A stretch of 64,000 nucleotides of DNA. Origin: Deltaproteobacteria bacterium. GTDB taxonomy: Bacteria > Desulfobacterota > Binatia > UBA9968 > JAJDTQ01. The stretch is from assembly GCA_028818755.1 (NCBI GenBank), contig JAPPNF010000108.1, positions 10,259 through 74,258 of the forward strand. Direction: 5' to 3'. The notes under the pieces were generated by a model. The model did no database searches. It saw nothing but the letters and a program-made list of their open reading frames with translations, and was not told the DNA's origin. The position numbers and the translations under genes were made by a program. Shown here piece after piece: positions 8,516-18,844 of this stretch. The stretch's first letter is position 1. Each line of letters opens with the position of its first letter.

Positions 8516-8995
8516 ATGCTGACCGAACAGGAGCGCGAAAGAATCAGGGATGAGGCGGGCCACTACGACTACGCGCAGGCCGCGTGCGTGGAGGCGTTGA
8601 AGATCGTCCAGGAAGGCCACCGCTGGGTGTCGGACGAGCATCTCAAGGAGGTCGCCGAGCTCCTGGACATGAGCCCCGAGGCCCTGGACAGCGTGGCCAC
8701 GTTCTACAACCTCATCTTCCGCAAGCCGGTGGGGGAGAACGTCATTCTTCTGTGCGACAGCGTCAGTTGCTGGATCATGGGCTACGAGGACATCCGCGCC
8801 CACCTCAAGGAGCGGCTCGGGGTCGAGTTGGGCGAGACCACGGCCGACGGCAAGTTCACGCTGCTCCCCATGGCCTGCCTCGGCACCTGCGACCGCGCGC
8901 CGGCCATGATGGTGGGGGGCGACCTCCACCGCAATCTGGACAACGAGAAGGTGGATGAGATACTCGGCCGTTACCGGCAACCGCCGGAGATCTGA
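8516..8995 (+). CDS. nuoE: NADH-quinone oxidoreductase subunit E
   Basis: 159 aa; CDSVSC ... ACLGTCDRAP 2Fe-2S motif. Confidence 0.92.
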   Translation: MLTEQERERIRDEAGHYDYAQAACVEALKIVQEGHRWVSDEHLKEVAELLDMSPEALDSVATFYNLIFRKPVGENVILLCDSVSCWIMGYEDIRAHLKERLGVELGETTADGKFTLLPMACLGTCDRAPAMMVGGDLHRNLDNEKVDEILGRYRQPPEI

Positions 8996-9003
8996 GGCGG
9001 ACT

Positions 9004-10290
9004 ATGGCGAACGGAGCATCCATGGACAGGCCTCTCACCGGGGACCTGAGATCGGACGGCGGCGTGCTGGATCTGGCGGCCTACGAGAAGGTCGGCGGGT
9101 ACGAGGCGTTGCGCAAGGTCGTGAAGGAGATGACCCCGGCCGACGTCCTGCAGGAGGTGACCGATTCCAGGCTTCGGGGCCGTGGCGGCGCGGGCTTTCC
9201 CACGGGCCAGAAGTGGAGCTTCGTGCCCATGGGCGACGACGCGCCGAAGCCCAAGTTCCTCATCGCCAACGCCGACGAGATGGAGCCCGGGACCTTCAAG
9301 GACCGCATGATCCTGGAAGGAAACCCGCATCTCCTCATCGAGGGGATGATCCTGTCGGCGTACACGATCCAGGCCACCAACGGTTACATCTTCCTCCGCT
9401 GGGCCTACAAGGTCGCGGCCGAGCGCATCACCCGGGCGCTGGCCGAGGCGTATGACAAGGGTTACCTGGGGAAGAACATCCTGGGTTCGGACTACAGCTT
9501 CGAGCTGCACCTGCACACCAGCGCCGGCCGCTACATGTGCGGCGAGGAGACCGGGTTGCTCAACGCGCTCGAGGGCAAGCGCGCCAATCCCCGGGCCAAG
9601 CCGCCGTTTCCCCAGGTGAGCGGGTTGTGGGGCAAGCCCACCATCGTGCAGAACGTCGAGACCCTGTGCAACGTGCCGCCGATACTTCGCCACGGCGCGC
9701 AGTGGTATCTCGGGCTGAGCCGCAGCGAGGACGGCGGTACCAAGATCTACGGCGTGAGCGGCAAGGTGCGGCGTCCCGGAGCCTGGGAGCTGCCCCTGGG
9801 CACCACCATGCGGGAGATCCTCGAGCGCCGCGCCCGGGGCATGCGCGAGGGCTACCATTTCCGCGGCGTCCTCCCCGGCGGCGCCTCCACCGACTTCCTG
9901 GTGGAAGAGCACCTGGACACCAAGATGGACTACGGTTCGGTGCAGGCGGCGGGCAGCCGTCTCGGCACCGGCCTGATGATCGTCCTCGACGACAAGACCT
10001 CGGTGGTGGGCATGGTGCTCAACCTGGAGCGCTTCTTCGCCCAGGAGTCCTGCGGCTGGTGCACGCCCTGCCGTGACGGCCTTCCCTGGACGGCGCGGAT
10101 CCTCCAGGGACTGCTGGAGGGCCGGGGGCGGCCCGGCGACCTGGAGCGGCTGGAGATGCAGACCCGGATGATGGGGCCCGGCAATACATTCTGCGCGCTG
10201 GCGCCCGGCGCCATGGAGCCGTTGCAGAGCGCGCTCAAGTATTTTCGCGAGGACTTCGAGAAGCTCATTCCCAAGAGCGACGCAGCGTAA
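9004..10290 (+). CDS. nuoF: NADH-quinone oxidoreductase subunit F
   Basis: GRGGAGFPTG, YMCGEETGLLNALEG, ESCGWCTPCRDG motifs; closely collinear with E. coli NuoF. Confidence 0.95.
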   Translation: MANGASMDRPLTGDLRSDGGVLDLAAYEKVGGYEALRKVVKEMTPADVLQEVTDSRLRGRGGAGFPTGQKWSFVPMGDDAPKPKFLIANADEMEPGTFKDRMILEGNPHLLIEGMILSAYTIQATNGYIFLRWAYKVAAERITRALAEAYDKGYLGKNILGSDYSFELHLHTSAGRYMCGEETGLLNALEGKRANPRAKPPFPQVSGLWGKPTIVQNVETLCNVPPILRHGAQWYLGLSRSEDGGTKIYGVSGKVRRPGAWELPLGTTMREILERRARGMREGYHFRGVLPGGASTDFLVEEHLDTKMDYGSVQAAGSRLGTGLMIVLDDKTSVVGMVLNLERFFAQESCGWCTPCRDGLPWTARILQGLLEGRGRPGDLERLEMQTRMMGPGNTFCALAPGAMEPLQSALKYFREDFEKLIPKSDAA

Positions 10291-10295
10291 CGATC

Positions 10296-12980
10296 ATGGC
10301 TACCATCTACGTCGACGATCGCCCCTACGAGGTGGACCCCGGCAAGAACCTGCTGGAGGAATGCCTCTCGAAGGGTCTGGACCTGCCGTATTTCTGCTGG
10401 CATCCGGCGCTGGGGTCGGTGGGCGCCTGCCGCCAGTGCGCGGTCAAGCAGTACCGGGACGAGAACGACCAGCGCGGCCGCATCGTCATGGCATGCATGA
10501 CCCCGGCCATGGACGGCGCGCGCATTTCCATCAAGGACAAGGACGCGGCGCAGTTCCGCGCCGGCATCATCGAGCTCCTGATGAGCAACCATCCCCACGA
10601 CTGTCCGGTGTGCGACGAGGGCGGCGAGTGCCACCTCCAGGACATGACGGTGATGACCGGCCACAACTACCGCGGCTACCGCTTCGGCAAGCGCACCTTC
10701 CGGAACCAGGAGTTGGGTCCATTCATCAACCACGAGATGAACCGCTGCATCACCTGCTACCGCTGCGTACGGTTCTACCGGGACTATGCCGACGGCAAGG
10801 ACCTGGACGCCTTCGCGTCCCACAACCACGTCTATTTCGGCCGTCACGAGGACGGTGTCCTGGAGAACGAGTTCAGCGGCAACCTGGTGGAGGTCTGCCC
10901 CACCGGCGTCTTCACCGACAAGACGCTCAAGGGACACTACACGCGCAAGTGGGACCTGCAGACGGCGCCGTCGGTGTGCGCCCATTGCAGCCTCGGCTGC
11001 AACACCATCGCGGGCGAGCGTTACGGCCAGCTTCGCCGCATACTCAACCGCTACAACGCCGAGGTCAACGGCTACTTCCTGTGCGACCGGGGACGGTTCG
11101 GCTACGACTTCGTCAACGGCGACCGGCGCCTGCGCCAGCCGCTGTTGCACGGTCAGCCGACGGGCGCGCCGGAGGCGCTGCGCCGGGCGGCCTCGTTGCT
11201 CGGGCGGCAGTCCCGCATCATCGGCATCGGCTCGCCGAGGGCGTCGCTGGAGGCCAACTTCGCGCTCCGCACGCTGGTGGGGGCGAGGAATTTCTTCAGC
11301 GGCATGGCGGCCGGGGAAGACCACCTGGTGGCGCGCATGCTTCGCGCTCTGCGCAGCACCCGTGTGCGGACGCCGTCGTTGCGCGAGGTGGAGTCGGCGG
11401 ACGCGGTCTTCATCCTGGGAGAGGACGTGACCCAGACCGCCCCGCGTCTGGCGCTGGCGGTGCGCCAGGCCGCAAGACAGGCGCCCCGCGCCGAGGCCAT
11501 GCGGCTGCGCATTCCTCGCTGGGACGACGCGGCTCTGCGCGAGGTGATGCAGCAGAAGAAGGGTCCCCTGTACATCGCCACCACCGGCGCGACCAAGCTG
11601 GACGAGGTGGCGACGGCGAGCTGCCGCGGCGCGCCCGACGACGTCGCCCGGCTGGGGTTCGCAGTGGCCCGGGCGCTGGACGACTCCGCCCCGGAGGTGG
11701 AGGGGTTGGCGGACGGCGACCGCGCGCTGGCGGAGGCCGTCGCCGGCGCGTTGCGGGCGGCCGAGCGGCCGGTTGTCATTTCCGGGTCGGGCAGCGGCAG
11801 CGAGGCGGTCATCGACGCCGCCGCGCAGGTGGCGCGGGCCCTGGGGCGGGAACGTACCGCCGATCTCTGTTTCACGGCGCCCGAGTGCAACAGCTTCGGC
11901 CTCGGACTGCTGAACGCCATGAATACCTCGGAAGCTTTCCAGAGGGTCGCCGACGGCCATGTGGACGCGGTGGTGGTGCTCGAGAACGACCTCTATCGCC
12001 GGGCCCCGGGCGCGTTGGTGGACGCGATGCTGGAATCGGCTCAGGTGATCGCCATCGACCACTCCGCCCACAAGACCGCCGAGGGCGCCGCCGTGGCGTT
12101 GCCGGCAGGGTCGTTCGCCGAGACCGAGGGGACCCTGGTGAGCAACGAGGGCCGGGCCCAGCGTTTCTTTCAGGTCTTCGTTCCGGAAGGAGACGTGAAA
12201 CCCGGTTGGAGCTGGCTGATGGAGCTGGCGCAGGCGGCCGGGCGCAATGAGCTCGCGACCCTGGCGTCGCCGGACGATCTTCTGGCCGCCCTGGCCCGGG
12301 CGGTGCCGGTGTTCGCTCCGCTGCCGCAGAACCTGCCCACGGCGGGTTTCCGTGTCAACGGGGAGAAGGTGCCGCGCCAGTCGCCGCGCGCCAGCGGCCG
12401 GACGGCCGTGCAGGCCGACGTCACCGTCCACGAGCCCAAGCCGCCGGCGGACCCCGATTCCCCGCTGGCGTTCTCCATGGAGGGCTATCCCCAGCAGCCG
12501 CCCTCCGCGCTCATAACGCGGTTCTGGGCGCCTGGCTGGAACTCGGTACAGTCGCTGAACAAGTTCCAGTCCGAAGTGGGTGGTGCGCTGACCGGCGGCG
12601 ACCCGGGAATACGCCTCCTGGAGCCCGGCGCCAATGGCGACGCGGCCTACAGCGAGGACATACCAGCGCCCTTCGAGCGGCGCGGTGGCGAGTTCCTGGT
12701 GGTGCCGCTGTATCACATATACGGCTCGGAAGAATCGAGCGCGGCGGCGCCGGCGGTGGCCGAGCGGTGTCCCGAGCCCTACGCCGCGCTGAGCCCGGAA
12801 GACGCACGAACCCTGGAGGTGGAGGAGGGAGCGCTGGTGGAGATCGAGTTCGACCGCGCCCTGTACCGGCTGCCGGCGCGTTTGTCCGCGGGTATGGCCT
12901 CCGGCGTCATTGGGGTGCCGATGGGAATCGCGGTTCAGGGCGTCGACGTTCCGGCCTGGAGCCCGTGCCGCAAGGTTTGA
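10296..12980 (+). CDS. nuoG: NADH-quinone oxidoreductase subunit G (long, E. coli-type)
   Basis: 894 aa; N-terminal 2Fe-2S ([15 protein letters not shown]), [27 protein letters not shown] motifs. Confidence 0.93.
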   Translation: MATIYVDDRPYEVDPGKNLLEECLSKGLDLPYFCWHPALGSVGACRQCAVKQYRDENDQRGRIVMACMTPAMDGARISIKDKDAAQFRAGIIELLMSNHPHDCPVCDEGGECHLQDMTVMTGHNYRGYRFGKRTFRNQELGPFINHEMNRCITCYRCVRFYRDYADGKDLDAFASHNHVYFGRHEDGVLENEFSGNLVEVCPTGVFTDKTLKGHYTRKWDLQTAPSVCAHCSLGCNTIAGERYGQLRRILNRYNAEVNGYFLCDRGRFGYDFVNGDRRLRQPLLHGQPTGAPEALRRAASLLGRQSRIIGIGSPRASLEANFALRTLVGARNFFSGMAAGEDHLVARMLRALRSTRVRTPSLREVESADAVFILGEDVTQTAPRLALAVRQAARQAPRAEAMRLRIPRWDDAALREVMQQKKGPLYIATTGATKLDEVATASCRGAPDDVARLGFAVARALDDSAPEVEGLADGDRALAEAVAGALRAAERPVVISGSGSGSEAVIDAAAQVARALGRERTADLCFTAPECNSFGLGLLNAMNTSEAFQRVADGHVDAVVVLENDLYRRAPGALVDAMLESAQVIAIDHSAHKTAEGAAVALPAGSFAETEGTLVSNEGRAQRFFQVFVPEGDVKPGWSWLMELAQAAGRNELATLASPDDLLAALARAVPVFAPLPQNLPTAGFRVNGEKVPRQSPRASGRTAVQADVTVHEPKPPADPDSPLAFSMEGYPQQPPSALITRFWAPGWNSVQSLNKFQSEVGGALTGGDPGIRLLEPGANGDAAYSEDIPAPFERRGGEFLVVPLYHIYGSEESSAAAPAVAERCPEPYAALSPEDARTLEVEEGALVEIEFDRALYRLPARLSAGMASGVIGVPMGIAVQGVDVPAWSPCRKV

Positions 12981-12981
12981 C

Positions 12982-13938
12982 GTGAAGGACGTGGTCTTGC
13001 AGATCGTGGTGGTTCTGGGGGTCCTCAACGCGCCCCTGATCCTGGCCGCGCTGCTCATCTGGCTGGAGCGGCGGTTCCTGGCCCTCCTGCAGGACCGCTA
13101 CGGGCCCAACCGGGTGGGGCCGCTGGGACTCGGCATCGTGCTGGCCGATATGATCAAGATCTTCACCAAGGAGGACTGGATCCCGCCGTTCGCGGATCGG
13201 GCGGTGTTCATCCTGGCGCCGGCGGTCATCGTCGTCACCGGCCTCATGTCCGTGGCGGTGATACCCATCACCGAGACCATCGGCGTCACCGACCTCAACA
13301 TCGGACTGCTGTTCTTCCTCGCCATGTCGTCCATGGGCGTCTACAGCGTGGTGCTGGCGGGCTGGGCCTCCAACAACAAGTACGCCCTGCTGGGCGGACT
13401 GCGGGCGTCGGCGCAGATGGTCAGCTACGAGGTCTTCATGGGCCTCTCGCTCATGGGGGTGGTGCTGCTGGCGGGCTCCTTCAGCCTGCGGGAGATCGTC
13501 GAGGCGCAACGGAACGTGTGGTTCATCGTGCCGCAGTTCCTGGGCTTCGCCATCTTCTTCATCGCCGGGCTGGCCGAGACCCATCGCCTTCCTTTTGATC
13601 TTCCCGAGGCCGAGGCCGAGCTGGTGGCCGGTTTTCACTCCGAGTACTCGGGGATGAAGTTCGGCATGTTCTTCGTCGGCGAGTACGTCGGCGTGACGGT
13701 GATCTCGGCCATGATCGTGACGCTGTTCTTCGGGGGATGGATGGGGCCGGTGCTGCCGGGCATCGTGTGGTTCGGGCTTAAGCTGCTGTTCTTCATCCTG
13801 GTGTTCATCACGCTGCGGGCGGCGCTGCCCCGGCCGCGGTTCGACCAGTTGATGGCTTTCGGCTGGAAGGTGCTCTTGCCGCTGTCGCTGCTCAACCTGG
13901 TGGTGACGGCAGGAGTGTTGCTGCTGTTGAAGACGTGA
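12982..13938 (+). CDS. nuoH: NADH-quinone oxidoreductase subunit H
   Basis: [48 protein letters not shown]; GTG start chosen 1 nt after the nuoG stop (ORF track start 12910 overlaps nuoG). Confidence 0.9.
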   Translation: MKDVVLQIVVVLGVLNAPLILAALLIWLERRFLALLQDRYGPNRVGPLGLGIVLADMIKIFTKEDWIPPFADRAVFILAPAVIVVTGLMSVAVIPITETIGVTDLNIGLLFFLAMSSMGVYSVVLAGWASNNKYALLGGLRASAQMVSYEVFMGLSLMGVVLLAGSFSLREIVEAQRNVWFIVPQFLGFAIFFIAGLAETHRLPFDLPEAEAELVAGFHSEYSGMKFGMFFVGEYVGVTVISAMIVTLFFGGWMGPVLPGIVWFGLKLLFFILVFITLRAALPRPRFDQLMAFGWKVLLPLSLLNLVVTAGVLLLLKT

Positions 13939-13953
13939 GGAGTCGCTAATGTC

Positions 13954-13980
13954 GCGGGCGGGTTTTAAACCCGCCCCTAC
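13954..13980. repeat. GC-rich palindromic intergenic repeat (core GGGCGGGTTTnAAACCCGCCC), copy 1
   Basis: gcgggcgggttttaaacccgcccctac read directly, nuoH-nuoI spacer. Confidence 0.8.
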
Positions 13981-13996
13981 GGGAGTCGCCCATGTT

Positions 13997-14024
13997 GTAG
14001 GGGCGGGTTTTAAACCCGCCCGTG
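13997..14024. repeat. GC-rich palindromic intergenic repeat, copy 2
   Basis: gtaggggcgggttttaaacccgcccgtg read directly, nuoH-nuoI spacer. Confidence 0.8.
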
Positions 14025-14034
14025 GGAGTTGCCG

Positions 14035-14550
14035 ATGTTGAGCATGCTGAGGACCATCTGGACGGTGTTCGTGCACCTGTTCCGGCGGCCCGTGACCGTC
14101 CAGTATCCGGAAGAAAAGCCGTACCTGCCGCCCCGTTACCGGGGCCGCATCATACTGTCCCGGGACCCGGACGGCGACGAGCGCTGTGTGGGCTGCTATC
14201 TATGCTCCGCGGCCTGTCCGGTGGATTGCATCGCCCTCCAGGCGGGCGAGCGCGACGACGGCCGGCGCTACCCGGAATGGTTCCGCATCAATTTCTCGCG
14301 CTGCATCTTCTGCGGGCTGTGCGAGGAGGCGTGCCCCACCTACGCCATCCAGCTCACTCCCGATTTCGAGCTGTGCGACTTCGACCGCCAGAGCCTGGTC
14401 TACGAGAAGAAAGACCTGCTGATCGACGGCACCGGCAAGTACCCCGGGTACAATTTCTACCGGGTCGCCGGCCTGGCCATCAGCGGCAAGGACAAGGGGG
14501 CGTCGGAGAACGAGGACAAGCCCGTCGACGTGAAGAGCCTGCTCCCATGA
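14035..14550 (+). CDS. nuoI: NADH-quinone oxidoreductase subunit I
   Basis: Two 4Fe-4S ferredoxin motifs [12 protein letters not shown] and [12 protein letters not shown]; alternative TTG start 14029. Confidence 0.92.
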   Translation: MLSMLRTIWTVFVHLFRRPVTVQYPEEKPYLPPRYRGRIILSRDPDGDERCVGCYLCSAACPVDCIALQAGERDDGRRYPEWFRINFSRCIFCGLCEEACPTYAIQLTPDFELCDFDRQSLVYEKKDLLIDGTGKYPGYNFYRVAGLAISGKDKGASENEDKPVDVKSLLP

Positions 14551-15062
14551 CCATTGTCTACTATCTTGCGGCAGCGATTGCGGTCATCTCGACGGCCATG
14601 GTCATCACCCGGACCAATGCCGTGCACGCGTTGCTGTACATGATCGTCTCGCTGCTGTCGCTGGCGTTGATCTTCTTTACCCTCGGGGCGCCCTTCGTGG
14701 CGGCGCTGGAGGTGATCATCTACGCCGGCGCCATCGTGGTCCTGTTCGTGTTCGTCATCATGATGCTCAATCTCGGCGCCGAGGCCACCGCCCGCGAACA
14801 GCAATGGCTGCAACCCAAGGCGTGGCGCGGCCCGGCGATTCTCTGCGCGATCCTGTTCGTCGAGTTCCTGGTGCTGCTGGTGGTCGAGCCCGGACAGGCG
14901 GGCGCGCCGGCGGCGGTGGGAGTCAAGCGCGTGGGCGCCGCCCTCTACGGTCCGTACGTGCTGGGGGTGGAGCTGGCCGCCATGCTGCTGCTGGCCGGGT
15001 TGGTGGGAGCCTTCCATCTCGGCCGGCGGGTGCCGTCGGACGGCGAGGAGGGTGAGTCCTGA
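14547..15062 (+). CDS. nuoJ: NADH-quinone oxidoreductase subunit J
   Basis: ATGA overlap with the nuoI stop; hydrophobic 171-aa product [32 protein letters not shown]. Confidence 0.88.
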   Translation: MTIVYYLAAAIAVISTAMVITRTNAVHALLYMIVSLLSLALIFFTLGAPFVAALEVIIYAGAIVVLFVFVIMMLNLGAEATAREQQWLQPKAWRGPAILCAILFVEFLVLLVVEPGQAGAPAAVGVKRVGAALYGPYVLGVELAAMLLLAGLVGAFHLGRRVPSDGEEGES

Positions 15063-15370
15063 TGGCCGCGGTCCCCATGGAGCACGGCCTCGTGCTGGCG
15101 GCGGTGCTGTTCGGGCTGGGCCTGACCGGCGTGCTGGTGCGCCGCAACATCATCTTCGTCCTCCTGTCCCTGGAAATCATGCTCAACGCCGCGGCCCTGG
15201 CCTTCGTCGTGGCCGGCGCGCACTGGGGTCAGGCGGACGGCCAGGTCATGTTCTTCTTCATCCTGGCCATGGCCGCGGCCGAGGTGGCGGTGGGTTTGGC
15301 GCTGGTGGTGCAGATCTACTACCGGTTCAACACCCTGGACGTTGATACCCTGAGCCACATGAGAGGATGA
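15062..15370 (+). CDS. nuoK: NADH-quinone oxidoreductase subunit K
   Basis: 102 aa, [11 protein letters not shown] motif; ATGA-type overlap with nuoJ. Confidence 0.92.
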   Translation: MAAVPMEHGLVLAAVLFGLGLTGVLVRRNIIFVLLSLEIMLNAAALAFVVAGAHWGQADGQVMFFFILAMAAAEVAVGLALVVQIYYRFNTLDVDTLSHMRG

Positions 15371-15371
15371 C

Positions 15372-17279
15372 ATGCTCGAGCTGCTGTGGCTGATACCCGC
15401 GCTTCCTCTCCTGGGCTTTGTCGTCCTGATGTTGGCCGGCTCGCGCCTCTCGCGTACCGAGGTCGCCTTCGTCGGCTGCGGCTCGGTCGGCCTGTCCGCG
15501 GCGGTGACCCTGATCGTGGGGCTGAGCTTCATGGCCGCGCCGCCCGCGGGGGCCGCCTTTACCCAGACCCTGTGGGTATGGCTGGACGTGGACGGCTTCC
15601 GTCCCGCCTTCGCCTTCTACCTGGACGCCCTCTCGCTGACGATGATCTTCGTGGTCACCTTCGTGGGTTTCCTCATCCACCTCTACTCGGTCGAGTACAT
15701 GATGGAGGAGGAGGGCTACAGCCGCTTCTTCGCCTACATGAACCTGTTCGTCTGCGCCATGCTCACGCTGCTGCTGGCGGACAACCTGATGCTGCTGCTG
15801 CTCGGCTGGGAGGGCGTGGGACTGTGCAGCTACCTGCTCATCGGCTTCTTCTACAGGGACGAGGCCAACGGCGCGGCCGCGAGCAAGGCCTTCATCGTCA
15901 CCCGGGTGGGCGACACGGCGATGCTGATGGCGCTGTTCCTCCTTTTCGCGGAACTGGGAACGCTGGACATACAGGACCTGCTGCAGCGGGCCGGCGAGGA
16001 GTTCCAGCCGGGCTCGGGGCTGGCGGCGGTGGTGGCGCTGCTCCTGCTGGGAGGGGCCGTGGGCAAGTCGGCCCAGCTTCCGCTCCAGACCTGGCTGCCG
16101 GACGCTATGGCGGGCCCCACGCCGGTGAGCGCCCTCATCCACGCGGCCACCATGGTGACGGCGGGCGTCTATCTCATCGCGCGCACCCACGCGCTGTTCG
16201 TGCTGGCCCCGCAGGTGTTGACGCTGGTGGCGGTGATCGGGACGCTGACGCTGCTGATGGCGGGCTTCGCGGCGCTGGTGCAGACCGACATCAAGCGCGT
16301 GCTGGCCTATTCCACCATCAGCCAGATCGGCTACATGTTCCTGGCCCTGGGGGTGGGCGCGTGGTCGGCGGCGCTGTTCCACTTCATGATCCACGCCTTT
16401 TTCAAGGCGCTGCTGTTCCTGGGCGCGGGCGCGGTCATCATGTGCCTGCACCACCAGCAGGACATGTACCGCATGGGCGGCCTGCGCCGGCTGATGCCGT
16501 TCACCTTCTGGTGCTTCCTCATCGGCAGCGGCGCGCTGGCGGCCATCCCCGTGGTCACCGCGGGTTTCTACAGCAAGGACCTGATCATCTGGAACGCCTA
16601 CAACTCAGACATCGGCGGCGTGTGGCTGTGGGCCGGGGCCCTGGCGGGGGCGCTGCTCACTTCCATCTACACCTTCCGCATGGTGTTCCTGACCTTCTTC
16701 AGGGACGCCACCGAGTGGGTGAAGAAGCTACTGCCGATCCACCAGCCCGGTCCGTGCGTCCATATCCCGCTCGGTGTGCTGGCGGTCCTTTCGATCGCCG
16801 GCGGCTTCATCGAGCTGCCCCACACCATGGGCAAGCTCACCCTGTTTTCCGACTTCCTGAACACCGCGTTGCCCGAATTCCACGGCGCCCACGCGAGCTA
16901 CGGCACCGAGTTCCTGTTCGAGCTCATGGCCGCGGTCGCCTCCATCGGCGGCATCTACCTGGTGTGGGTCCTGGTGATGGGGCCTGCCCACCACATGCAG
17001 CGCATCGTCGCGCTGCCCTGGGCGCCCGCGCTGGAGCGCCTGTGGCTTTCCGGCTGGGGCTTCGACCGGCTCTATGACGTGGTCTTCGTGCAGCCCTACC
17101 TGTGGTGCGCACGGGTCAACAAGAGCGACTTCATCGATGCCTTCTATCGCGCCACGGCCTTCGTCACCGAGATGCTGCACTTCGTCGTCAGCCTGACCCA
17201 GACCGGCGCGGTGCGGTGGTATGCCACCGGCATCGCCGTGGGGGCGGTGGCGACCGTGGGACTGGTGATCCTGCTATGA
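15372..17279 (+). CDS. nuoL: NADH-quinone oxidoreductase subunit L
   Basis: 635 aa antiporter-like subunit; GWEGVGLCSYLLIGF, KSAQLPLQTWLPDAMAGPTPVSALIHAATMV. Confidence 0.93.
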   Translation: MLELLWLIPALPLLGFVVLMLAGSRLSRTEVAFVGCGSVGLSAAVTLIVGLSFMAAPPAGAAFTQTLWVWLDVDGFRPAFAFYLDALSLTMIFVVTFVGFLIHLYSVEYMMEEEGYSRFFAYMNLFVCAMLTLLLADNLMLLLLGWEGVGLCSYLLIGFFYRDEANGAAASKAFIVTRVGDTAMLMALFLLFAELGTLDIQDLLQRAGEEFQPGSGLAAVVALLLLGGAVGKSAQLPLQTWLPDAMAGPTPVSALIHAATMVTAGVYLIARTHALFVLAPQVLTLVAVIGTLTLLMAGFAALVQTDIKRVLAYSTISQIGYMFLALGVGAWSAALFHFMIHAFFKALLFLGAGAVIMCLHHQQDMYRMGGLRRLMPFTFWCFLIGSGALAAIPVVTAGFYSKDLIIWNAYNSDIGGVWLWAGALAGALLTSIYTFRMVFLTFFRDATEWVKKLLPIHQPGPCVHIPLGVLAVLSIAGGFIELPHTMGKLTLFSDFLNTALPEFHGAHASYGTEFLFELMAAVASIGGIYLVWVLVMGPAHHMQRIVALPWAPALERLWLSGWGFDRLYDVVFVQPYLWCARVNKSDFIDAFYRATAFVTEMLHFVVSLTQTGAVRWYATGIAVGAVATVGLVILL

Positions 17280-18844
17280 GTGTTGCCTGGATCCTGCTGA
17301 TGCCCCTGGCGGGCGGACTGGCGGCGTGGATCGCGGGTCGCTGGAGCGACCTGTGGCCGCGCTGGATCTCGCTCGGGACGGCGCTGCTGCACATGCTGCT
17401 GCTGCTGGCCACCTGGGGCGTTTTCTTCGCCGGCATCGAGACCGGGCAGGGCGGCTGGCTCGTGGTCTACAAGCAGCCGTGGATACCGCAGTTGGGGATC
17501 AGCTTCCACCTGGCGGTGGACGGGCTCAGCCTGCTGCTGTTGTTGCTGACGAGCTTCCTGACCGTGCTGGCGGTGCTGACCTCCTGGAAATCGGTCACGC
17601 ACTCGGTAGGGTTCTTCCACTTCAACCTGCTGCTCATCCTGACCGCCCTGTCGGGCGTCTTCATCGCCTTCGACCTGTTCCTCTTCTTCGCCTTCTGGGA
17701 GATCTCGCTGCTGCCGCTGTACTTCCTCATCGGCATCTGGGGCTACGAGAACCGGGTGTATGCCACCACCAAGTTCTTCATCATCACCCAGGGGAGCGGG
17801 CTGCTGATGCTGCTGGCGATTCTGGGGCTGGTGGTGGTGCACTGGCAGTCCACCGGCGTCATGACCTTCGACTACCTGGAGCTGGTGGGAACACCCATGT
17901 CCAAGGCCACCGCGTGGTGGCTCATGCTGGGCTTCTTCATCGCGTTCGCGGTCAAGCTCCCCGTGGTCCCGTTCCACACCTGGTTGCCGGACGCCCATAC
18001 GCAGGCGCCCACCGCCGGCAGCGTGGCGCTGGCGGGTCTGGTGCTGAAGATCGGCGCCTACGGCATGCTGCGGTTCGTGATGACGATCTTCCCCCAGGCG
18101 GCCGCGGACTTCGCGCTCATCGCCATGATCCTGGCGGTGGTCGGCATTCTCTACGGCGCCTTGCTGGCGCTGGGGCAGACCGACCTCAAGCGCATGGTGG
18201 CGTACACAAGCATCAGCCACATGGGGTTCGTCCTGCTGGGGATCTTCACGTGGAACGAGCTGGCCCTTCAGGGCGCGGTCATCATCATGCTCTCCCACGG
18301 CTTCAGCGCCGCCGCGCTGTTCATGCTGGTGGGCGACCTCCAGCACCGCACCCATACGCGTGAGATCGGCCGCTTCGGCGGCCTGTGGGCCGTCACGCCC
18401 CGGATGGGAGGCGTGGGGCTGTTCTTCGCCATGGCGTCCCTGGGACTGCCGGGGCTGGCGAGCTTCGTGGGCGAGTTCCTGGTGCTGCTGGGCGCCTTCC
18501 GGGTCAATGTCCCGCTCACGGTTCTCGCCTCGGTGGGCCTGGTGGCCGCCACCGTCTATTCGTTGTGGATGATGCAGAAGGTCTACTACGGCGCCAACAC
18601 CGGAGAGTGGAAGCTCGACGACACCAGCGGCCGGGAGATGGCGATCATGGCATCCCTCATCGGCGCGACCCTCTGGCTGGGTCTCTATCCGCAGCCGGTG
18701 CTGACGACGTCCGGCGACGCGCTGGCGCAGATGCGGCAGTTCGCCGACAAGGCCCGGGCTCCGGCGTCGCGCCCTCCGGTCAAGGAAGTCCAGGGACCGA
18801 AGGCCATGGCGTCGATACCGCCGGATGGAGGTAAGCGGCCGTGA
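17276..18844 (+). CDS. nuoM: NADH-quinone oxidoreductase subunit M
   Basis: ATGA overlap with nuoL; FFAFWEISLLPLYFLIGIWG, VKLPVVPFHTWLPDAHTQAPTAGS. Confidence 0.92.
   Translation: MSVAWILLMPLAGGLAAWIAGRWSDLWPRWISLGTALLHMLLLLATWGVFFAGIETGQGGWLVVYKQPWIPQLGISFHLAVDGLSLLLLLLTSFLTVLAVLTSWKSVTHSVGFFHFNLLLILTALSGVFIAFDLFLFFAFWEISLLPLYFLIGIWGYENRVYATTKFFIITQGSGLLMLLAILGLVVVHWQSTGVMTFDYLELVGTPMSKATAWWLMLGFFIAFAVKLPVVPFHTWLPDAHTQAPTAGSVALAGLVLKIGAYGMLRFVMTIFPQAAADFALIAMILAVVGILYGALLALGQTDLKRMVAYTSISHMGFVLLGIFTWNELALQGAVIIMLSHGFSAAALFMLVGDLQHRTHTREIGRFGGLWAVTPRMGGVGLFFAMASLGLPGLASFVGEFLVLLGAFRVNVPLTVLASVGLVAATVYSLWMMQKVYYGANTGEWKLDDTSGREMAIMASLIGATLWLGLYPQPVLTTSGDALAQMRQFADKARAPASRPPVKEVQGPKAMASIPPDGGKRP

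Noticed and set aside
9930-13058. Very long antisense ORFs. Examples: 9930..13058 (1042 aa), 7682..8980, 17144..18859, 22411..24603, 24600..26426, 32077..34095, 34802..36448, 36205..37848, 41857..43446, 43328..44887, 45212..46909, 48911..50563
   Set aside because: Each lies opposite a gene with clear family motifs. Their products are low-complexity and rich in Arg, Gly, Pro, His and Ala, with no recognisable domains. Stop-free shadow frames like these are expected in high-GC DNA.
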